7,815 nt of DNA from Octopus sinensis. Its lineage: Eukaryota. The position numbers and the translations under genes were made by a program. The notes beneath the pieces were generated by a model. The model ran no database searches and had not been told where the DNA came from. It was given only the letters and a program-made list of their open reading frames with translations. This document shows, in pieces, positions 1 through 6,529 of the stretch. The stretch covers positions 1-7,815 of the forward strand of contig NW_021828752.1 in the NCBI RefSeq assembly GCF_006345805.1, written 5' to 3'. The stretch's first letter is position 1; the number at the start of each line of letters is the position of its first letter.

Positions 1-21
1 AAAGGGCACTCTTCAATAGTC

Positions 22-126
22 ACACATCTACACGTACATACATGCATACATATATACATACATAAATATATGCATGCATGCATATATACATACATAAATA
101 TATGCATGCATGCATATATACATACA

Positions 127-170
<44 letters not shown>

Positions 171-210
171 TATTTATATATATTTGATATATATATATAT
201 TTATATATCA
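22..210. repeat. (TA)n / TACA / TGCA-interrupted microsatellite tract
   Basis: Direct reading: long ATATAT runs (about 128-165 and 187-207) with CATA/TGCA interruptions. Confidence 0.95.
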
Positions 211-478
211 TGTGTGTAAAAAATACAAACTGGGACAAGAAAGCAAAACATTTAGAAGACGATACAAAAAACACCGACGGGACATTCGAAGCCTTCAATC
301 TTCAGTCAAGAACCGGATCATCCTACAATTTCGGCTGATTAGTCTTGAGATCGCTCCGATCGGCAGCCCCAAGGAAAACCTAAGCTACGAGCATTAGATT
401 TCTTGGGAAAGGATCGAATGTATACGAAACAAGGACAGAAAAACGGACGATGCCACACGAATATAATACAAAAAACAG

Positions 479-897
479 GAGTGGCTGTGTGGTAAGTAGC
501 TTGCTAACCAACCACATGGTTCCGGGTTCAGTCCCACTGCGTGGCATCTTGGGCAGTGTCTTCTGCTATAGCCCCGGTCCGACCAATGCCTTGTGAGTGA
601 ATTTGGTAGACGGAAACTGAAAGAACCTGTCGTATATATTATATATATGTGTTGTGTTTGTGTGTCTGTGTTTTGTTTTGTCCCCTAGCTTGCTTGACAA
701 CCGATGCTGGTGTGTTTACGTCCTCGTCACTTAGCGGTTCGATGGAATAAGTTCTGGATAAGTTCTGGGCTTACAAAGTTCTGGAATAAGTTCTGGGCTT
801 ACAAAGAATAAGTCCCGGGGTCGATTTGCTCGACTAAGGCGGTGCTCCAGCATGGCCATAGTCAAATGACTGAAACAAGTAAAAGAGAGTAAAAGAT
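479..897 (+). mobile_element. tRNA-derived SINE, family A, copy 1 (near full length)
   Basis: A-box-like TGGCTGTGTGG (482-492) and B-box-like GGTTCAGTCCC (525-535), then CTTGGGCAGTGTCTTC, an internal TA/TG microsatellite, and the tail AAGGCGGTGCTCCAGCATGGCC...GACTGAAACAAGTAAAAGA. Aligns by eye along its length with 2093-2562 and, for the 5' half, with 6125-6279 on the minus strand. Confidence 0.9.
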
Positions 898-1422
898 ATA
901 TATATATACATATATATATATAATAGAAATATGCTACAAAAAGAAAATAGAAACTACACGTGGAAATGTAAGGGGAAAGTAAGAAAAATAGACGAAAATA
1001 CACATTGTAAATTATAAAAAGAAAAGGCATTTTATGAAAGGTAACGACAGATATATACAATTAGATGGACTGAGGTAGGGATAAAAGTAATAAAAGTCAT
1101 TATTGTGAAATTATTAAAGAGATTCAAGCATACCGGTTTCGTAAGTTACTAATCATTGCTTTGAATACAACTATTCATTGCTTTGAATGCACACATACAT
1201 ATATTTGGTGGTTGTCTACTGCTTATGCAGAGTCTGACCATCTCTTGTACTTACACCTTAGGACCATCATAGCGTCTGATGTGGCAAGCCCCCACATAAA
1301 TTGCATATCAGGTTTGGACCACCGAGAGCTGCAGTTAAGTTCTGATCTTTGTGGATCTTAAAACCCTTTTTTTTTAGTCCTCCTTTAGTTTTGCAGAGCT
1401 TATGACATACAAAGCATTGACA

Positions 1423-2088
1423 GATAGATATCATCCAACGCGGACATCCTGCAAACTCTGGTGGAACAAAATCCCATCGTAACTGTTGAAGAATAGCAGA
1501 GAAGCTTGGATTTAGTCATTCAACCATTTGTCGACACCTGCGTACCATCGGAAAAGTCAGCAAATTGGGTCAATGGGTTCCTCACCAAATTTCAGGGTCT
1601 AATCACATGCAGAGAATGAATGTGTGCTCTTCTCTGCTGTTAATCTCACGAATGAACCCTTTTTGGACTGAATAGTAACCGGTGATGAGAAATGGGTCCT
1701 CTATAAAAATTTCAGGTGCCGAAGACAGTGAGCAAGGAAAGGAGAAACGCCGGAATCTCAGGCTAAAGAAGGTCTTCACCCACGTAAGGTGTTGCTATCT
1801 GTTTGATGGAGTGTGAAGGGATTAGTCCAAACCCAAGCCAAACGATCACTAAGTCGATCTACTGCGAGCAGCTTGGGTTTAAGTCAGCGCTGGAAGAAAA
1901 ACGACCATCTTCACTTTCAAGACGAAAGGTGTTCTTCCATCAGTAACATACAGCGTAGATGTCATTCCAAAGCTGGAGCAGTTTCAATGGAAAATGATGC
2001 CCCAGCCACCATATTTGCCGGACATTACCCCCATTTGATTATCATTTATTCTGCAGTCTTCAAAATCATTTCGACGGAAAAAATATGA
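1423..2088 (+). pseudogene. Decayed mariner (Tc1/mariner superfamily, SETMAR/Hsmar-like) transposase fragment
   Basis: Manual translation across frameshifts gives ADILQTLVEQNPIVTVEE, AEKLGFSHSTICRHL, WVPHQ (1574-1588; WVPHEL motif), IVTGDEKWVLY (TGDEKW at 1678-1695; first catalytic Asp), LHPRKVLLSV, IYCEQL, PPYLPDITP (YSPDLAP motif, about 2012-2032) and DYHLF. Several stops and indels. No TIRs found. Confidence 0.93.
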
Positions 2089-2092
2089 ATTT

Positions 2093-2249
2093 TGTGTGTG
2101 GTAAGTAGCTTGTTTGCCAACCACATGATTCCGGGTTCAGTCCCACTGCGTGACACCTTGGGCAAGTGTCTTCTACTATAGCCTCGGCCGACCAAAGCCT
2201 TGTGAGTGATTTGGTAGACGGAAACTGAAAGAAGCCCGTCGTATATATG

Positions 2250-2283
<34 letters not shown>

Positions 2284-2562
2284 ATATAAAATTAAATAAA
2301 TGGCACAACGTAGCACCGATATTACTGGAAAGCAATATTCTCGTATTGCATTACTATTTTCATATATATATATATATATGCGTGTATGTTTGTGTATCTG
2401 TGTTTGTCCCCCTAGCATTGCTTGACAACTGATGCTGGTGTGTTTATGTCTCCGTTACTTAGCGTTTCGGCAAAAGAGACCGATAGAATAAGTACTGGGC
2501 TTACAACGAATAAGTCCCGGTCGAGTTGCTCGATTAAAGGCGGTGCTTCAGCATGGCCGCAG
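2093..2562 (+). mobile_element. tRNA-derived SINE, family A, copy 2 (both ends slightly truncated, 73-bp insert in the internal TA array)
   Basis: TGTGTGGTAAGTAGCTTG...GGGTTCAGTCCCACTGCGTGACACCTTGGGCAAGTGTCTTC, through to AAGGCGGTGCTTCAGCATGGCCGCAG; colinear with 479-897. Confidence 0.9.
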
Positions 2563-2645
2563 TAATTAATAAAAAAAATAGCTGTTAGTCGAGGACTCGA
2601 ACCTGAATATGTGGCTTTGCATGTATGGGAGAATTTATAAAATTG

Positions 2646-2672
2646 AAATAAAATAAAATAAAATAAAATAAA
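2646..2672. repeat. (AAATA)n pentanucleotide repeat
   Basis: Direct reading, about 5 units. Confidence 0.9.
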
Positions 2673-2864
2673 TTAAGTGCTGAAGTGAAATGGTCCAGAT
2701 GGCGCTGTGTGCATACAATTTACTATGGCGGCTTGATCGAAATGTATGCGTATAAAGTTCCATTCAGGATCGACGAAAGAATTTCTGGGAGTACGTAAAT
2801 GCCGTGTTCTGAGAATGGCCGGTATGCAATTGTGTATTTGTTCATGTTTTATATGTATTGTATA

Positions 2865-2901
2865 GGACATACTGATGAGGGGAGTACCAATTTTAAGTAC
2901 T
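2865..2901 (+). ncRNA. Possible 5' half of a decayed hammerhead ribozyme, cut by the Helitron insertion
   Basis: CTGATGA core (2872-2878) followed by GGGG and a perfect AGTAC/GTACT hairpin (2883-2901). A possible degenerate 3' half (GTACTATTCGCC GGAA TTTTAGTC) lies just past the Helitrons at about 3953-3976. Confidence 0.3.
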
Positions 2902-2903
2902 GA

Positions 2904-3429
2904 CTAGCAGCATCGCCCGGCGTTGCTCGGGTTTGTAAGGGAAATAACTATATAAGCATTTTTAGAGAGTTATAGCAAAAAAATGCATTAAAAATGGAAT
3001 AAAAAATTATGGTAATTTTTTTTTTTAATCGTAGACTCATGTAGACGCTTTCTTAGCCATTTCTGTTTTGGTGTCTTCAAGCCATGAAGTCGTTGTTCTA
3101 AAAGAACGCTGGTCTCCTTGACAACGCATTACGACGTTGATTTCCTTACACTCCCTTCCCCAGAGGTGCAGGTGTGAGCGTGGACGCCAACTCCGCCGCC
3201 ATCGACACACGAAAAAATATGCATTAAAATGGAATAAAAACATGATGTTAAATTATTTTTAAAATCGTAGACCCATCGTAGACGCGCGCTAATAGCCAGA
3301 AGGGCTCGATATGAATCACGACTATAAGATACCCGAATTTGGTTAAACTGCACCGCAAAATGTGGGAGTAGTTAGGAATCTAAATCGTAGGAGACAGACA
3401 GCACACAACTAGAGTTTTATATATATAGA
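2904..3429 (-). mobile_element. Non-autonomous Helitron, unit 1 (526 bp)
   Basis: On the minus strand it starts TC(TATATATATAAAA) at 3429 and ends CTAG at 2904, followed by T. A 16-nt GC-rich hairpin CCCGAGC-AAC-GCCGGG (2916-2931) sits 8 nt before the CTAG. No TSD. These are the canonical Helitron termini. Confidence 0.88.
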
Positions 3430-3944
3430 CTAGCAGTATCGCCCGGCGTTGCTCGGGTTTGTAAGCGAAATAACTATATAAGCATTTTTAGAGAGTTATT
3501 TCCCTTATAGATGCCAATTCGGGCGTTCTTAGCCATTTCTGTTTTGGTGTCTTCAAGCCATGAAGTCGTTGTTCTAAAAGAACGCTGGTCTCCTTGACAA
3601 CGCATTACGACGTTGATTTCTTTACACTCCCTTCCCCACAGCTTCACGAGGGAGGGAAGAAGGGGGAGAAGCAACACAGGTGCAGGTGTGACCATGGACG
3701 CCAACTCCGCCGCCATCGACACACGAAAAATTATGCATTAAAAATGGAAAAAAAAAATGATGTTAAATTATTTTTAAAATCGTAGACTCATTGTAGACGC
3801 GCGCTAATACTCAGACGGGCTCGATATGAATCACGACTATAAGATACCCGAATTTGGTTAAACTGCACCGCAAAATGTGAGAGTAGTTAGGAATCTAAAT
3901 CGTAGGAGACAGACAGCACACAACCTCACTTTTATATATAAAGA
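3430..3944 (-). mobile_element. Non-autonomous Helitron, unit 2 (515 bp), head-to-tail with unit 1
   Basis: On the minus strand, host A (3945) then TC(TTTATATATAAAAG) at 3944, hairpin at 3442-3457, and CTAG at 3430-3433. Highly similar to unit 1 over most of its length. Confidence 0.88.
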
Positions 3945-4226
3945 TATTCTATGTACTATTCGCCGGAATTTTAGTCGTCTTTTGATATGCCATATTTTTG
4001 TTTTATTATCCTTATATTTATTTCTCTTATTCTAACAGTTTTAAGCGTGTTATATGCAAAATTTATATTTATATTTTTATTTGTATATATTACTGAATTA
4101 ACATTTTTTTTTAAATGTCGGATGTTTAGATGTAAATTAGTATATAAGATTTGTATGTGTTTGGTCTATCTTTGAATTTTGTGATGTTCCTGTGGTTGTT
4201 GCTCCTATTGGATAAAAAAATGTATA

Positions 4227-4309
4227 ATATATATATATATACACACCACCACACACACACAATATATATATATATATATAATAATATATATATATATATA
4301 TATTATATG
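4227..4309. repeat. (TA)n/(CA)n compound microsatellite
   Basis: Direct reading. Confidence 0.95.
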
Positions 4310-4310
4310 T

Positions 4311-4518
4311 GGAGGCACATGGCCTAGTGGTTAGAGCAGCGGATTTGCGGTCGAGGGATCGCGGGTTCGAATCTCAGACCGGTTGATGTGTGTGTTATGA
4401 GCGAAAACACCTAAGCTCCACGCGGCTCCGGCAGAAGGTAATGACGAGTTTCTGCTGACTAATGGCGGTGCCCCAGCATGGCCACAGCTAGTGAGCTGAA
4501 ACTAGAAATAAAAAAATA
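4311..4518 (+). mobile_element. tRNA-derived SINE, family B head with a family-A-like tail (short variant)
   Basis: A box TGGCCTAGTGG (4320-4330) and B box GGTTCGAATCT (4364-4374). Body GAAAACACCTAAGCTCCACGCGGCTCCGGCAG is shared with 5780-6087. Tail GGCGGTGCCCCAGCATGGCCACAG (4464-4487) ends in an A-rich run. Confidence 0.85.
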
Positions 4519-4534
4519 TATCATTTATTATTAA

Positions 4535-4683
4535 TTATTTATATATATGTATATATGTATGCATACATATATATATATGTATACATGTATATGTATGTAA
4601 ATATACATATGTATACATATGTATACATATATATATATATATATATACACATATATATATATATATATATGTATATACATACA
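4535..4683. repeat. (TA)n/(TATG)/(TACA) microsatellite
   Basis: Direct reading. Confidence 0.95.
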
Positions 4684-4689
4684 TTCAAA

Positions 4690-5157
4690 CTAGCAGTACC
4701 TCCCACTGACTATGGGTAGACACAAGAGCTACTCCTAATTCCTTCTTCCTTGACCTTAAACAATATACTAAGCTCTACAACACGGAAAGATTAATAGCCA
4801 CAACCACACACATACACACGCACACGAGTTATCATTGACCACATACACATATACACGCACGTATCCACACTTACACACACATACCTCCTCTTGCACTCTC
4901 CTGTCTTTGAAATAACTTTTCTTCACCTATTTCCTTCCGGTCTTCAAAATGTGACCGCGTGTGTACCGTTGGCGATTTTTTTCCTCCGTCTTCCCTCCTT
5001 TGGATCTTTCCTTTTCCTATGTTTCTGACGAAGAGCCTCTGCTCGAAACGTAAACGCCTCCTTCTTCCCTTCCTTCCTGAGCGTCCAATAATACTATATA
5101 TGTTCCACGTCCTCGCGTTGTGTTTTCTCTTTGTGTTTTCATGTTTGGATTAACATT
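4690..5157 (+). mobile_element. Probable 3' end / pseudo-LTR remnant of a Penelope-like retroelement
   Basis: Short decayed reading frame ending in a double stop (...QELLLIPSSLTLNNILSSTTRKD**, about 4724-4796), a CA-rich then pyrimidine-rich UTR-like stretch, a minimal hammerhead motif at 5020-5056, and a (TA)n boundary. The class is inferred mainly from the hammerhead. Confidence 0.4.
5020..5056 (+). ncRNA. Minimal type I hammerhead ribozyme motif (Penelope type)
   Basis: CTGACGA (5025-5031), one extra A, stem II GAGC/GCTC with a CTCT loop (5033-5044), GAAA (5045-5048), loopless palindromic stem III ACGT (5048-5051) and a GTA cleavage triplet. Stem I is weak (AA/TT, or AACG/TGTT with a 1-nt bulge). 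Confidence 0.6.
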
Positions 5158-5339
5158 ATATATATATATATATATATATATAATCTATATATATATATAC
5201 CAATTAAGGACTGAACACGAAAAGTGACAGTCAACATGCTAGATATAGACGTCAAATCGCCATTCACCACAAAAAGATTATGTTCTCAGATCAAACTCAA
5301 CACAAAACCATTAGCAATAAACAAGTGAAAAATAATTAC

Positions 5340-5404
5340 CCATGTACTAAATTAGTTTCAGCTGTTATTTTCCGCAAGGAAAACTGCAGCCATCATCAGC
5401 ATGG
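5340..5404 (-). ncRNA. Type I hammerhead ribozyme fold with complete catalytic core
   Basis: Minus strand reads CCAUG-CUGAUGA-U-GGCUG-CA-GUUUUCC-UUGC-GGAAAAU-AA-CAGCU-GAA-ACUA-AUU-UAGU-A/CAUGG. Stem I is CCAUG/CAUGG, stem II is extended with a 7-bp distal hairpin, stem III is ACUA/UAGU, and the triplet is GUA. Predicted cleavage between 5345 and 5344. Confidence 0.78.
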
Positions 5405-5436
5405 TCCGTTATAAATGTAATTACATTTATAACGGA

Positions 5437-5500
5437 CCATGCTGATGATGGCTGCAGTTTTCCTTGCGGAAAATAACAGCTGAACTAATTTAGTACATGG
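5437..5500 (+). ncRNA. Mirror copy of the hammerhead, missing one A of the GAAA core
   Basis: Same fold as 5340-5404 (CTGATGA at 5442-5448, GTA triplet at 5493-5495), but 5482-5485 reads GAAC where the other arm has GAAAC. Confidence 0.65.
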
Positions 5501-5779
5501 GTAATTATTTTATTTCGTATATTTTTCACTTGTTTATTGCTATGGTTTTGTGTTGAGTTTGATCTGAGAACATAATCTTTTGTGGTGAATGGCGATTTGA
5601 CGTCTATATCTAGCATGTTGACTGTCCACTTTTCGTGTTCAGTCCTTAATTGGTATATATAAATATTTTAATCTTCGGATTCTTTTTTAATATGCTAGAC
5701 CACTGGTCTTAATTGATAAATATCAATTTCTACCCTTAATTAATTTTATATATAATATAATATATATATATATATATAT

Positions 5780-6084
5780 GGTGGTGCAATGGCCTAGTGG
5801 TTAGGGAAGCGGACTCGCGGTCGTAGAATCGCGGTTTCGATTCCCAGACCGGGCGTTGTGAGTGTTTATTGCGCGAAAACACCTAAAAGCTCCACGAGGC
5901 TCCGGCAGGGGGTGGTGGCGATCCCTGCTGTATTCTTTCGCCACAACTTTCTCTCGCTCTTTCTTCTGTTGGCCTGCTCGCTTAGCCCGCGGGGTGGCGT
6001 CATTTGAAGGCTAAACAATGCGAAGCGCATTGTGACCAGCGATGTGTAGCAACATCTGATAGCCTGGTCGGTCACGGTGATCAC

Positions 6085-6087
<3 letters not shown>
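5780..6087 (+). mobile_element. tRNA-derived SINE, family B, long form
   Basis: A box TGGCCTAGTGG (5790-5800) and B-box-like GTTTCGATTCC (5834-5844). Body is shared with 4311-4460. The distinct tail ends in the short repeat CGGTCACGGTGATCACGGT, then (TA)n. Confidence 0.85.

Positions 6088-6121
<34 letters not shown>
6088..6121. repeat. (TA)n array joining two oppositely oriented SINEs
   Basis: Direct reading. Confidence 0.95.
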
Positions 6122-6124
<3 letters not shown>

Positions 6125-6125
<1 letters not shown>

Positions 6126-6279
6126 GTACGAGAGACTTCCCTCGGTTTCCAAATCCACTCACAAGGCTTTGATGGGTCCAAGCCTATAACAGAAAACACT
6201 TGACGAAGATGCTACGCAGTGGGACCGAACCCGGCACGATGTGGTTGAGAAGTAAGCTTCTTACCACTCAGCCACGCCT
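6125..6279 (-). mobile_element. tRNA-derived SINE, family A, 5' half only (more diverged copy)
   Basis: Reverse complement reads GGCGTGGCTGAGTGGTAAGAAGCTTACTTCTCAACCACATCGTGCCGGGTTCGGTCCCACTGCGTAGCATCTT...AAAGCCTTGTGAGTGGATTTGG, matching 479-632. Confidence 0.88.
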
Positions 6280-6529
6280 ACACACACACACACAAGTTTG
6301 GAGGATGGGATTTGAGGAAAATTCAGCTGCCATGTAGATGTCTCCCTCGTTGGCTCATAAATACATAGACACATACATACCTACCTACATACATACATAA
6401 GACAGTAGGGTGTGATTTGTCTGAGGTTTGACTGTTATTTCTTGCAGGTCTAGCTACCGCATGGAGGTCTCCCTCGTGTCCTATCCATTAGTCCAATCTT
6501 TGCAAGATTCAGGTTATGAATCAACTGAT

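Larger units (their letters stand above)
5192..5661. repeat. Spacerless long inverted repeat (palindrome), arms 229 and 241 bp, centre 5420/5421
   Basis: Base-by-base comparison: the arms are reverse complements with no substitutions, four 1-nt homopolymer indels and one 14-nt indel (about 5507-5521). Both outer ends terminate in TA runs. Confidence 0.97.

Noticed and set aside
78-338. 86-aa ORF (MHIYIHKYM...)
   Set aside because: Mostly translated (TA)n microsatellite; no recognisable domain.
268-350. Two hammerhead-like words on the minus strand (CTCAAGA...CCGAAATTGTA and CTGAAGA...TTCGAATGTC) within a probable old repeat at 213-478
   Set aside because: Each has a broken core (CUCA for CUGA; GAAU for GAAA) and no stem I could be formed. 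Only a family consensus could rescue them.
731-1060. 109-aa minus-strand ORF
   Set aside because: Antisense reading of the SINE tail plus AT-rich sequence; compositionally biased.
1152-1190. 14-bp direct repeat TCATTGCTTTGAAT
   Set aside because: Only two copies 23 bp apart; ordinary slippage duplication, not a CRISPR array or TSD.
1813-2088. 91-aa ORF inside the mariner region
   Set aside because: Largely out of frame with the transposase motifs; a by-product of frameshifts.
2571-2625. Minus-strand B box GGTTCGAGTCC (2593-2603) followed by a T8 run, suggesting a tRNA or Pol III unit
   Set aside because: No A box at the right distance, no acceptor stem or cloverleaf; the A run can be the tail of the adjacent SINE.
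4311-4385. tRNA-like folds here and at 5780-5850 and 479-540
   Set aside because: No acceptor-stem pairing, and each runs directly into a repeated body and tail; these are SINE heads, not tRNA genes.
4688-4698. ACTAGCAGTA, matching the Helitron 3' terminus
   Set aside because: Only 10 bp; no hairpin or further similarity follows.
5192-5661. Reading the palindrome as a Tc1/mariner MITE with a TA target duplication
   Set aside because: The TA ends are part of microsatellite runs, the right side appears to continue past the repeat, and the internal hammerheads point to a retroelement origin. Not fully excluded.
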